This document shows, one piece after another, positions 46,251-55,697 of a stretch of DNA of 64,000 nt. Origin of the DNA: an uncultured Actinomycetota bacterium (GTDB lineage: Bacteria; Actinomycetota; Geothermincolia; Geothermincolales; RBG-13-55-18); contig CAZGWK010000014.1 of NCBI GenBank assembly GCA_964529285.1, forward strand, positions 3,279 through 67,278, given 5' to 3'. How positions within the stretch are numbered: the first letter of the stretch is position 1; every line of letters starts with the position of its first letter. The translations under genes and the position numbers were made by a program. The notes below the pieces were generated by a model. That model was not told where the DNA came from and did not search any database. It was given only the letters and a program-made list of their open reading frames with translations.

Positions 46251-47114
46251 ATGGAACATGACGAGAACAGGCCGCTCAAGATATCCGACCTGGAGAAGAT
46301 ATCGGGCATAGGCCGCAGCACCATCCATTATTACCTGCGCGAGGGCCTGCTCACCCCACCGCGCAGGACGGGAAAGACCATGGCCTATTACCATGCAGGT
46401 CATGTCGAGGAACTGCGCCGCATCCGCGGGCTGCAGGAAGAGGGGTATCCCCTCACCATCATAAAGGAGATGAAGGAGGGCTCGCGGACGTGGCAGGAAA
46501 GGACGGGCGAAGAGGCGGCGCCTGCGGCCGACAGGAAGCTGCAGATCATGGAGAAGGCGGTGGAGGTCTTCGCCCGCAAGGGTTACCACAAGGCGAGGAT
46601 AAGCGATATCACCCGGGCCGTCGGCCTCGGCCACAGTACTTTCTACCTCTACTTCCCGAGTAAGAAAGCCCTTTTCGTGGAGTGCGTAGACCAGGTCTTC
46701 CAGGCCATGTTCAGCGGAGTGTGGGAGGAGATCAAGCACGAGAAGGACCCCATCAGGCGCATGCGCATGCGGGCGGAGGTGGTGCTCAAATCGCACCCCC
46801 AGTTCATAGACATCCTGCAGGTGCTGCACGGCACGATGGAGGAGGACCCCCGCCTGGAATCGAAGCGCAGGGAGATATACGCTTCGGTGGCCAGGACGGT
46901 GCAGAGGGACATCGTCAAGGCCATGGAAGAGGGCATCATAAAACCCATAAACACCGAGATCGCCAGCTACATGATGGTGGGATGGCTGGAGACCGCGCCT
47001 CTGCTCATGGGGCCTGACAAGGGGTACTCGCCCGACGACATGCTCGACACCCTGGAGACCATGATGTCTTACTCCATCAGACGGGACGACGGCGGGTCCG
47101 GCAGTGGGTGCTAA
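46251..47114 (+). CDS. MerR-type HTH fused to a full TetR/AcrR regulator (paralog 2)
   Basis: LKISDLEKISGIGRSTIHYYLREGLLTPPRRTGKTMAYYHAGHVEELRRIRGLQEEGYPL, then IMEKAVEVFARKGYHKARISDITRAVGLGHSTFYLYFPSK. Collinear with 28881-29735. Confidence 0.8.
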   Translation: MEHDENRPLKISDLEKISGIGRSTIHYYLREGLLTPPRRTGKTMAYYHAGHVEELRRIRGLQEEGYPLTIIKEMKEGSRTWQERTGEEAAPAADRKLQIMEKAVEVFARKGYHKARISDITRAVGLGHSTFYLYFPSKKALFVECVDQVFQAMFSGVWEEIKHEKDPIRRMRMRAEVVLKSHPQFIDILQVLHGTMEEDPRLESKRREIYASVARTVQRDIVKAMEEGIIKPINTEIASYMMVGWLETAPLLMGPDKGYSPDDMLDTLETMMSYSIRRDDGGSGSGC

Positions 47115-47342
47115 AAAGCCGGTATTTGATGTACAATAGCGCTACAATCAGTATGATTGATCCTTCGGCTCACGGGGGAACGCTACCGGAGGCCGCAAAG
47201 AGGGATCGCCGGGTATTTATCATAGATAAGGGGGTATTCTATGATAGGTTAATCCTTTGCTTTCCGTACGCGCATGCCTTTTTTCGCGTGCAGTGGAAGC
47301 CGGCGGCGGCTTGATACCTACAAAATTTTTGGGGGGATTGAT

Positions 47343-47591
47343 GTGAACAAATACGTGCGCAACGCCATCCTGGCGGTCGTCCTGGCCGTGGTGGCGTTCT
47401 TCTGGATCTGGTTCTTCGATTACCTGCTGGCGGAGAAGCCGGTGGAGGCCATACCCCGCGCCATCACCACCCTCTTCGGCGTGGTACTCTCCCTCCTCAT
47501 CGGCATGCTCCTGGCCGCCCTCCTGGACGCCGTGCTCTCCCCCGGCCGGGACGCCAAGGCCGCGGAAGCGCCCGCGCTAGCGGAGCAATAG
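47343..47591 (+). CDS. Small two-TM membrane protein (82 aa)
   Basis: GTG start after GGGGGG. Hydrophobic segments AILAVVLAVVAFFWIWFF and LFGVVLSLLIGMLLAALL. Its stop codon abuts the start of the next gene. Confidence 0.45.
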   Translation: MNKYVRNAILAVVLAVVAFFWIWFFDYLLAEKPVEAIPRAITTLFGVVLSLLIGMLLAALLDAVLSPGRDAKAAEAPALAEQ

Positions 47592-50483
47592 GTGGTGATG
47601 GAGATGAAGAGGATAAAGCGCCGCGGCAAGGTACTTCTCGGCGTTGCGGTTGCCGCGATGGCCGTCTTCACCATGATCGCTTTCTTCCCGGCCGCCAGCG
47701 CGGAGCCGGCGAAGAACGAAATAGAGGTTTTCAGCTCCGAGGCGGTGATACTGGATACCGATCACAGTGGGACCATCGAGTCGGCCAGGATAGTGACCTT
47801 CTTCGGCCTCACAGGCGATGGAAGTGTGGACGTGGTCAAGGAAAGGGCCCTGGAAGGGGACAGCCCCTGGCAGGGCGTGCACGGTTACACCACGCCGGTG
47901 GTCGAGGGCGATACCCTGGTGTGGAAGGGGCTCGACGTCGACGGACTCAGGAACGTGATGAGCTCTACGGAGATAAAGTCGGATGAGATGGTCAGGGAAG
48001 TGCGCATGCGCATCCCCCTGTCCTTGAAATATATCTACGAATGGAACGGCGAGATCATCTCCGATCCTGAGGAGATCACCGGTGAGGACGGACATTTCAG
48101 GCTCTCCCTGCTCATGCAGAACACGAGCAAGGAGGCGACGGTTCTCGAGTACGAGGACCCGGTCACGGGCGAGACCGTGAGCGAGGAAGTGGAGACCCAT
48201 CTCCCCCTGGTCATGCTGCCCTACGACTGGTACTTCCCCAACGACATCTTTTTCAACCTGGAGGCGGACCCCACGGGTATAGTGGTGCCGCTTCCCGACC
48301 ATTACCAGGTGGGCTGGTCCATCCCCCTCTTCCCGCCTGCCACCGAGGAAAAAAACCTTATCTGGATCGAGGCGGACGTGAAGGACTTCGCCATGCCACC
48401 CCTGGTACTATCGGCGAATTTCGTCTTCCCCCATACCAACCAGCGCGACACCCTGCCCGAGTTCATCATCGGGCTGGAGATGATGTTCGACGGCGTGAGG
48501 CAATTGAATGAAGGCATAGGCAGCACCGAGACGGAGGACACGCTTCTCTACGGCGCCGCCGCGGTAAAGGACGGCTTGCAGCAGATGGCCGCCGGCCTGC
48601 CCGAGGCGGAGGCGGCCCTGAACACGCAGCTCATACCCGGAGTTGACGAGGCGGTTGCCGGCATCGGCGATCCCGGCACCCCGGATACCTTGAGCTATGC
48701 CATCGATGCAACCTCGCTTGGCTTGATGAGTATGCTGGGAGGTATAGGCGCACCTGACGTGGCCAACTCCGCCCTCTACGCCCTGGACGCCATGAGTACC
48801 GGCCTGCAGGATATGGTGGCGGGCATCGGTACCGTCGACACCCCGGACACGCTGCTCTACGGCGTGGACCAGGCAACCCTGGGGCTCGAGGACATGCTTT
48901 CGGGTATCGGGAGCGCGACCATGGAGGACACCCTGCTCTATGCCATGGACCAGATGGGAATCGGGCTGGGTGATGTAAAGGCAGGAATCGGATCGGCTAC
49001 TACAGCCGACACCCTCCTCTACGCCATGGCGGCCATGGGGGACGGCCTGGAGCAGTCCAAGGCGGGAATCGGCTCCGCCACTACTCCGGACACCCTCCTC
49101 TACGCCATGGCGGCCATGGCGGATGGCCTCAACACCATGTATGCGGGAATCGGCTCCGCCACCACCCCGGACACGCTGCTCTACGGTATCGACCAGGTCA
49201 CCAAGGGAATAAGCAGCGGCTCCGCGGCGGACCCCGGCCTTAAGGAAGGCATCCAGGAGATCGAGAGCGGTCTCGTCGAGATGTACGATGCCACGTCCAC
49301 CAGCGGAGAGTTATGGCAGGCCACCAACCTCATCAGGCTCATGGCCCCCTGGACCGGACCCATCGTGGACCAGCTCGAGCAGGGAATCATCCTGAGCACC
49401 GATCCCGACAACCCGTCCATGCATTACGGCATCGGGCTCATGCTCGACGGGATAGACCAGATGCTGACCGGCATCGGCTCCGGCACCACCACCGATACAC
49501 TTCTCTACGGCACCGAGCAGATAAAGGCGGGGCTGGAGGAGATGAAGGCAGGTATCGGAGGGAGCGGCGACACCCTGCTCTACGCCGTATCCCAGGTGCA
49601 GGGAGGCCTGGAGCAGATGAAGGCGGGCATAGGGTCCACCTCGACCCCCGACACCCTGCTCTTCGCCGTGGACCAGGTGCAGGGAGGCCTGGACTTCATA
49701 CTCGCGGGCATAGGGACTCCGGTTACGCAGGACTCGCTTCTATATGCGGTAGCCCAGGTGGAGAGCGGCCTTGAGTTGATGAAGGCGGGCATCGGCGCGG
49801 AGAATGCCGATGACACCCTGCTCTATGCCATGTCCGCCATGACCGGCGGACTCAACGAGATGAAAGAGGGTATAGGCGCTGCGACCACAACCGATACCCT
49901 GCTCTATGCCGTGGCCCAGGTAGGCAACGGCCTCGAGCTCATGAAGGAGGGCATCGGCGCCGAGGGAGCGCCGGACACCCTGCTCTACGCCATGGCCCAG
50001 GTGCAGCACGGGCTGTACCAGATGAAGTCGGGATTGGCCAGCGGAGACCCCAACAACCCAGGACTCAAGGAAGGGTTGATAATGATCTCCGCCGGCTTGG
50101 GCGACGCACTGGACGGTCTGGGAAGCACAACGACACCCGACACCCTTCTCTACGGAGCAGACCAGGTTGAAGCAGGCCTTGTCCAGGTCAGCGATGGTAC
50201 CATGCAGATGTACGAGGGATTGGCAGGGAACCTGGGAGAGCTATACCTCACCGAGTCGCAGCTGGAGGCCATCGAGATAAGGGGCGAGGAGTTTGACCAC
50301 ATCATGGGACGCACCGAGGATGCGGAGAACAGCCTGGCCTTCATCTACCAGACTCCGCCCACGTACAACTACAAGCAGGGCAACACTGCCAGCTGGCTGG
50401 TGGCGGGGATAATCTCGCTGATCGTCATTATCGCCCTGTTGATCTACGGCCTGCTCGTGCGGCGGAGACCCGTGATAGGCTAG
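47592..50483 (+). CDS. Signal-peptide, C-terminally membrane-anchored repeat protein (XXXLXXG-heptad / YhgE-Pip-repeat-like), 963 aa
   Basis: N-terminal KRRGKVLLGVAVAAMAVFTMIAFFPAASA signal and a roughly 270-aa unique domain. It carries 16 copies of GIGsxtTpDTLLYAxxQvxxGLxxMKA and ends in the TM helix WLVAGIISLIVIIALLIYGLLV followed by RRRP. The exact start could be 47592, 47598 or 47604. Confidence 0.8.
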   Translation: MVMEMKRIKRRGKVLLGVAVAAMAVFTMIAFFPAASAEPAKNEIEVFSSEAVILDTDHSGTIESARIVTFFGLTGDGSVDVVKERALEGDSPWQGVHGYTTPVVEGDTLVWKGLDVDGLRNVMSSTEIKSDEMVREVRMRIPLSLKYIYEWNGEIISDPEEITGEDGHFRLSLLMQNTSKEATVLEYEDPVTGETVSEEVETHLPLVMLPYDWYFPNDIFFNLEADPTGIVVPLPDHYQVGWSIPLFPPATEEKNLIWIEADVKDFAMPPLVLSANFVFPHTNQRDTLPEFIIGLEMMFDGVRQLNEGIGSTETEDTLLYGAAAVKDGLQQMAAGLPEAEAALNTQLIPGVDEAVAGIGDPGTPDTLSYAIDATSLGLMSMLGGIGAPDVANSALYALDAMSTGLQDMVAGIGTVDTPDTLLYGVDQATLGLEDMLSGIGSATMEDTLLYAMDQMGIGLGDVKAGIGSATTADTLLYAMAAMGDGLEQSKAGIGSATTPDTLLYAMAAMADGLNTMYAGIGSATTPDTLLYGIDQVTKGISSGSAADPGLKEGIQEIESGLVEMYDATSTSGELWQATNLIRLMAPWTGPIVDQLEQGIILSTDPDNPSMHYGIGLMLDGIDQMLTGIGSGTTTDTLLYGTEQIKAGLEEMKAGIGGSGDTLLYAVSQVQGGLEQMKAGIGSTSTPDTLLFAVDQVQGGLDFILAGIGTPVTQDSLLYAVAQVESGLELMKAGIGAENADDTLLYAMSAMTGGLNEMKEGIGAATTTDTLLYAVAQVGNGLELMKEGIGAEGAPDTLLYAMAQVQHGLYQMKSGLASGDPNNPGLKEGLIMISAGLGDALDGLGSTTTPDTLLYGADQVEAGLVQVSDGTMQMYEGLAGNLGELYLTESQLEAIEIRGEEFDHIMGRTEDAENSLAFIYQTPPTYNYKQGNTASWLVAGIISLIVIIALLIYGLLVRRRPVIG
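48513..50200 (+). repeat. Coding tandem array: 8 + 8 copies of an 81-bp (27-aa) unit separated by a spacer of about 75 aa
   Basis: The GGAATCGG unit starts at 48985, 49066 and 49147, exactly 81 bp apart. The motif DTLLY (variants DTLSY, SALY, DTLLF, DSLLY) was counted 16 times in the translation. Confidence 0.8.
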
Positions 50484-50507
50484 GGCAAACACTTATGTGA
50501 ATATCAG

Positions 50508-50542
50508 GAGAGGCGCCCCCCGGGGGCGCCTCTCTCTTCGTT
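50508..50542 (+). terminator. Rho-independent-type terminator after the repeat-protein gene
   Basis: 12-bp stem GAGAGGCGCCCC / GGGGCGCCTCTC with a 3-nt loop, followed by TCTTCGTT. It starts 25 nt after the stop. Confidence 0.65.
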
Positions 50543-50697
50543 CGCTCCGGCAGATGATGCTCGTGCGGGCAGACAGGCTGGGGGATGCCTGAACGGCGCA
50601 GGGGAGATCCAGCAATGTATCGCTGGCGGCCTTGGCGCGTGTATGCGTCGTATGCCTGGTTTATAATCTTTCGTAGCGGTGCTGCGAGTAAGAGTTC

Positions 50698-52101
50698 GTG
50701 GAGAGGGCATTGGACGAAAAGAAAGAGACCGTTCTCAAGGGCCGCTACCGCCTGCTGGGGACACTGGGGCGAGGGGCCATGGGCACCGTCTTCCTGGCCC
50801 ACGACTCGGTGATGGACCGACGCGTGGCCGTCAAGATACTGCGCCTTCCCGAGGGCCTCTCGGACCAGGCAAGGGAGGAGGCGGTGCAGCGCTTCTACCG
50901 CGAGGCTCGCCTGGCGGGAAGGCTGATCCATCCCAACATCATTGCGACATTCGATATAGACCGGGACGGCGCATACCAGTTCATATCCATGGAACTGGTG
51001 GAGGGGCGGACCCTGGCCGAAACGCTCGAGGAAGGCCACCCCATAGAGCCCGCTGCCGCCGTGAGCATTGCTCTGCGGGTATGCCGGGCGCTGGAGTTCG
51101 CCCACTCCCGGGGAGTGGTCCATCGTGACATAAAGCCGGGGAACATCTTCGTATGCGGCGAGGATGAAGTAAAAGTAGGGGACTTCGGCATCGCGCGTTC
51201 CATGGACTCTGCCACGCTGACCCAGACCGGATACTCCATGGGCACGCCGCAGTATATGAGCCCGGAACAGGTGCGGGGGGAGCCGCTGGACCCGCGTTCG
51301 GACATATTCTCGCTGGGAGTGGTGTTATACGAGATGCTGGAGGGGACCAACCCCTTTGCGGCGGATACTCCGCCGACGGTGATCTACAACATACTCGAGA
51401 AAGAACCCCCGTCCCTGCGGGATAAGGTATACGCCATGCCCGGGCTCACGCGGGTGCTCTCAAGGGCACTGCATAAGGACGTCGCTTCACGTTACGGGAA
51501 CGCGAGCGAGATGGCGTGGGAACTGCGGGCGCTTCTCGAGGGTTCGGGGGAGATAGCTGCCTCTCCGCCAGCCCCACTTAACCCTCCCGGCGACCCTCCA
51601 TCTCCGGCCGGGGGGGAGGAAACCAGCGGCAAGGCGAGAAAGGCAGCCAGAGGCGGCAGGAAGAAGTGGCTTATAATCTCCATAGCGGCCGCCATCGTGG
51701 TCTGCGTAACCCTGGCCGTGCTGCTGCCGCTTCTGCTGCTCGGCGGCGGCGAAAATGGGGCGCGGCCCGACCCGGCCGAGACGATAACCGCCTTCCTGGC
51801 AGCTCTGCGGCAGGGAGAGCTGGCCGATGCAGCGTCACAGTTATCGCGCAGGGCCAGACAGGAACTGGACCTGGAACTCATAGCCGGCATGATGCGGGAA
51901 CAGGAGGGACAGTCGCAGAACGCTGACCTCGAATTCGTAGTGGTGGAGGAAACAGAGCGGACGATCTACCTGGAAGTATGGGCTGTGGGGGGCGGAAGGC
52001 GGGTAAGTCTCGGCCTGTGGGTTTTATACTGGAATAGCGACAGGTGGCTTATAGAAAAACCGGGAGTCCTCGCCCAGCTGGAGGATGAAGAAACCGGATA
52101 G
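50698..52101 (+). CDS. Hanks-type Ser/Thr protein kinase with one TM helix and a small extracytoplasmic domain
   Basis: GRGAMGTVF...VAVK, HRDIKPGNIF, DFGIAR, GTPQYMSPEQ. TM helix WLIISIAAAIVVCVTLAVLLPLLLL. Confidence 0.9.
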   Translation: MERALDEKKETVLKGRYRLLGTLGRGAMGTVFLAHDSVMDRRVAVKILRLPEGLSDQAREEAVQRFYREARLAGRLIHPNIIATFDIDRDGAYQFISMELVEGRTLAETLEEGHPIEPAAAVSIALRVCRALEFAHSRGVVHRDIKPGNIFVCGEDEVKVGDFGIARSMDSATLTQTGYSMGTPQYMSPEQVRGEPLDPRSDIFSLGVVLYEMLEGTNPFAADTPPTVIYNILEKEPPSLRDKVYAMPGLTRVLSRALHKDVASRYGNASEMAWELRALLEGSGEIAASPPAPLNPPGDPPSPAGGEETSGKARKAARGGRKKWLIISIAAAIVVCVTLAVLLPLLLLGGGENGARPDPAETITAFLAALRQGELADAASQLSRRARQELDLELIAGMMREQEGQSQNADLEFVVVEETERTIYLEVWAVGGGRRVSLGLWVLYWNSDRWLIEKPGVLAQLEDEETG

Positions 52102-52342
52102 GCCCGAGGAACAGCATGAGGAGAATACTCAAGATCACGCAAGGCAGGCGGCCGGGTGCGGTAAATGTGCGAACAATGCTCCGTAAGGGAAGGAATAAGT
52201 GAACGTAAGTGAAATATTTATACAGGAATCTTGTTACCGGGCGGAAACTCGGTTTCGGCCGGTTTGTCGTGCTCTGAAAAAAAGGAAGAAAATGGAGGAT
52301 GACACAGGGGAGAAAGTAGTAGACGGAGGGAGAAGGTTGAAT

Positions 52343-55300
52343 ATGGATCTCAAGGACGCGGTCGATCTCTATCGAGATGTCCTGCAACGGTATTCACAGG
52401 GATTTTCCCTCGAGGAAGTCCTGGGGGGCGTCGCCGGGGCGCTGGGAGGAGAATGCGCGGTACTCTTCATCCGCAACGAAATGTCCTCGTTCCTCGAGCC
52501 ACGGCTTGCATGCAACATGGACGAGGAGGACAGAAAACGCATAAGCGAGCGGCTCCTGCCCCTGGAATGGGTCGCCCGGCAGCCCGCCCGCCGCTACATC
52601 GTAGTTGACAGGTCCAAGCTCTCTGAGCTCGGATTGGAGCATATCTGCGGCAGGCCGTCGGACATGGTGCTGCTCTTTCCCGTAAGGAGTCATGCGCACC
52701 TGCGGGCAGCACTTCTGGCGGTTATCCCGCGCGAGTCCTCCATCCCGGACCAGCAGTCCTACCGTGCCGCCGCTATAAGCGCGGTACTGGAGAGGATGAT
52801 CGACCTCTTTGCCTTCGATGAGAAAGCGAGCGGCAGCGAGGAGGAAAACGAGACTTCATCGGTGGAGTTGGGCATCCTTTCCAGCTACCTCATGGGTAAG
52901 GCGGACCATGCCCGGGCCGCTTCTCTCTCCCTCGACCTGCTCATCAAGTTGCTGAACGTAGATGGGGGCACGGTGCACCGCGTAAGCGGCGTTCCCGGCG
53001 AACAGCAGGCCACCCTGGTGGCATCCAGGGGATGGGGCGGTATGCCGGAGATAATAGACCATCTGTTCGAGAACAAGCTCATCGATGTCCTGCAGGCCAT
53101 GCGGCAGGCCCAGGAAGTGGACTTCAGCCTGGATGCGGGGCGCATAGCCGAATACTTCCCGGGGGTGAAGCCGTTTTTCCATGCCAACCAGGTCAAGTCC
53201 TTTCTCCTCACGCCCATATTCCATGAGGACAGGCTGGTAGGCCTGCTAACCCTTTTCGGGAAAGCCTATACGGCCATGGGGCCCAGGGATATGGAGCTGC
53301 TGGTCCAGCTCTCCTATCGCCTCGGTTCGCTCTTTTCCGGAGCGGAGTCGGGAGCTCGCCCCATGAGGGGAGAGTCCGCCGACCTTGAGTTCCCAGCCAT
53401 GATCGAGGACCTTACCCGCATCTCCAACGGGGCGCTGAACGTCGAAGATTTCCTTTCCACGGCCCTGCGATCGGTATCGGTCGAGCTGGGCGCGAACATG
53501 TCCTTCGCGTATTTTGGAGAGGATCTGTCTTCCGAGCGGAGCTTCCTTTGGTTCGCCGACTCGGTTTACGGTGGTGAAAGCGTATTCAGGAGTACGCCCG
53601 GGTTGGAGCGCATGATTTCCCACCTGCAGCGCATGGCGGTGGTCAAGCCGGACAACCCGGCCATGAAGGAGCTTCCCGCGGCGGGGCAGGCCGCCGCCGA
53701 GAACCTCGTACTGCTGCTGGTTCCGGCCAGGGAGAGGAACGTGTTCCTGCTGACCGGTTATTATTTTCCCGCACAGAGGAGGTTGACGAAGGCCGAGATA
53801 GATTCGCTGCAACCCTTGACGGCCGTCCTGCTCAGTCTGGCCAGGGGATTGAACGAAAGGTCGCAGGCCGAGGGATATCGCCGTTCGCTGGAGATGTTGA
53901 CCGAGATCGAGGGAGAGCTGACGGCGTGCGAGAATCCCGAGCGCGTCCTGCGTATCCTGGCCAGGGGAGGGAGAGAACTGCTGGACTGCGATCGCAGCGC
54001 GATAGTGGTCGTTGACGATAAGGCCGGTACGTTCGAAGGAGCCGTTGAGACTGCGGAAGGTTCCGAGACGGCCGACCTCAACCTCATGGCAGGCCGGGAG
54101 ATTGCGGAGGTCATGGAGAGAGGCCACGCGCTCTACGGCAGGGAACCCCGGGAAGAGGCGGAAGAGACGGAAGAGGACCAGGCCGTGCCGGGGGCAGGCC
54201 GCTCCTTTATCGCGGTCCCCCTTAGCGGAAGAAAAGGAAGGCTGGGGGCGCTGGTTTTCGAGAAGTTCGGCCGCGACGGCCTCTTTGGTGAGTTCCACCG
54301 CAGGCTGGCCCATTTCCTGGCCGGGCAGGCCGTTTCCGTCCTCGAGACCTACATGGAGGGCGCGAGGTTTGAAGCGGCTGCGGACGAGAACAGGGTACTG
54401 CTGCGCATATCGCGCCGCCTTTCGTCGGCACTAACCCTGGAGGAGCTCTGCGGCGGACTCTACAAGGAACTCGACGCGACCATCGGGGCGGACCTCATGC
54501 TCCTCTCCTTCTACGGGAAGGCAGGCATCAGAAGACTGGCGTGGCTTAAGGGCGAGGAGGACGATGCCGGATGCTACGAAGAACTGCTCGAGGCACAAGG
54601 TCCCCTGATGATGGCCCTTTCCCGCGCCGGAAAACTGGTACGCAATAACATCAATACTTTCCTGCGCGGACCGGGGGAGGACGAACTGGCGATGAAGAGC
54701 ATCCGTTCTTACATGGCCATAGCCTTGCAGGGAGAGGATATGAAGGGAGTGATGCTTGTCGGCAGCTCCCGTGGCGGTGCCTTCAGCGAGCGCGAGGTGG
54801 CACTCGTCGAAAGGACGGCCGGCCTTCTGGGCACTTTCGCCGTTGCGCCGATGCGCCATGACTCGCTGCAGGGACGTATCCGTCTCCTGGAGGAGATGTG
54901 CCGCTCGGAGGAGGAGAAAGTCAAGAGCAAGACCGACCTCATCAACATGGCGGCACACGAGATCCGCCACCCGTTGACCTTGATCATGGGATTCTCGGAA
55001 GTGCTCAGAGATTACGGCGATACCCTGGACGCGGTGGAGAGCCACGAGGTGGCGGGAAAGCTGGGCAAGGCAGCTGACAGGCTGCGCCGCAGCGTGGTGA
55101 ACATGATGGAGGTATCGCACCTGGAGTCGGGAAAACTCGCTTTGAACGCGGAGGAAGTCGACTTGAACGCACTCCTCGGAAGCCTGGTGGATGAGCTGCA
55201 GGCCCGATCCGTGGAACACGCCGTCGAAGTCGATGTGGACGAGGGCGCGGAGAGGATAGTCGCGGACCGGGACAAGCTGGAGATAATACTCTTCAACCTC

Positions 55301-55651
55301 ATGGACAACGCAGCGAAGTATTCACCCCCCGGAAGCAGGATAGAGGTGTTTGCCAGGCGTTCTGGAAGGGAGGCACTCATCGCTGTGCGCGATCATGGGC
55401 AGGGGATGAGCGAGGAGAGCGTCAATTTCATCTTTCAACCCTTCCGGCAGGGGGAGGGCAGGGAGTTCGGCACTATGAAAGGTATGGGATTGGGCCTGTA
55501 TATCGTCAACCGCCTGGTCGAAGCTCATGGCGGGCGCATCGAGGTAAGGAGCGAGCATGCCAGAGGCTCCACCTTTACCGCGCATATACCCCAGCCCGAT
55601 ACGGGGCAGGAGGCGGGCACTACCGAACGCCCTGACGCAATGCGTGCTTGA
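52343..55651 (+). CDS. Cytoplasmic multi-GAF sensor histidine kinase
   Basis: About 800 aa of GAF-like repeats, then H-box MAAHEIRHPLT, N-box LFNLMDNAAKYS, and G-boxes RDHGQGM and GMGLGLYIV. ATG at 52343 follows GGAGGGAGAAGG; the track ORF starts at 52199 in AT-rich DNA. Confidence 0.85.
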   Translation: MDLKDAVDLYRDVLQRYSQGFSLEEVLGGVAGALGGECAVLFIRNEMSSFLEPRLACNMDEEDRKRISERLLPLEWVARQPARRYIVVDRSKLSELGLEHICGRPSDMVLLFPVRSHAHLRAALLAVIPRESSIPDQQSYRAAAISAVLERMIDLFAFDEKASGSEEENETSSVELGILSSYLMGKADHARAASLSLDLLIKLLNVDGGTVHRVSGVPGEQQATLVASRGWGGMPEIIDHLFENKLIDVLQAMRQAQEVDFSLDAGRIAEYFPGVKPFFHANQVKSFLLTPIFHEDRLVGLLTLFGKAYTAMGPRDMELLVQLSYRLGSLFSGAESGARPMRGESADLEFPAMIEDLTRISNGALNVEDFLSTALRSVSVELGANMSFAYFGEDLSSERSFLWFADSVYGGESVFRSTPGLERMISHLQRMAVVKPDNPAMKELPAAGQAAAENLVLLLVPARERNVFLLTGYYFPAQRRLTKAEIDSLQPLTAVLLSLARGLNERSQAEGYRRSLEMLTEIEGELTACENPERVLRILARGGRELLDCDRSAIVVVDDKAGTFEGAVETAEGSETADLNLMAGREIAEVMERGHALYGREPREEAEETEEDQAVPGAGRSFIAVPLSGRKGRLGALVFEKFGRDGLFGEFHRRLAHFLAGQAVSVLETYMEGARFEAAADENRVLLRISRRLSSALTLEELCGGLYKELDATIGADLMLLSFYGKAGIRRLAWLKGEEDDAGCYEELLEAQGPLMMALSRAGKLVRNNINTFLRGPGEDELAMKSIRSYMAIALQGEDMKGVMLVGSSRGGAFSEREVALVERTAGLLGTFAVAPMRHDSLQGRIRLLEEMCRSEEEKVKSKTDLINMAAHEIRHPLTLIMGFSEVLRDYGDTLDAVESHEVAGKLGKAADRLRRSVVNMMEVSHLESGKLALNAEEVDLNALLGSLVDELQARSVEHAVEVDVDEGAERIVADRDKLEIILFNLMDNAAKYSPPGSRIEVFARRSGREALIAVRDHGQGMSEESVNFIFQPFRQGEGREFGTMKGMGLGLYIVNRLVEAHGGRIEVRSEHARGSTFTAHIPQPDTGQEAGTTERPDAMRA

Positions 55652-55697
55652 GTGCTTTGAATATACCCGGTAACCGGCTGAGGCTGGGGGAGCTGAT

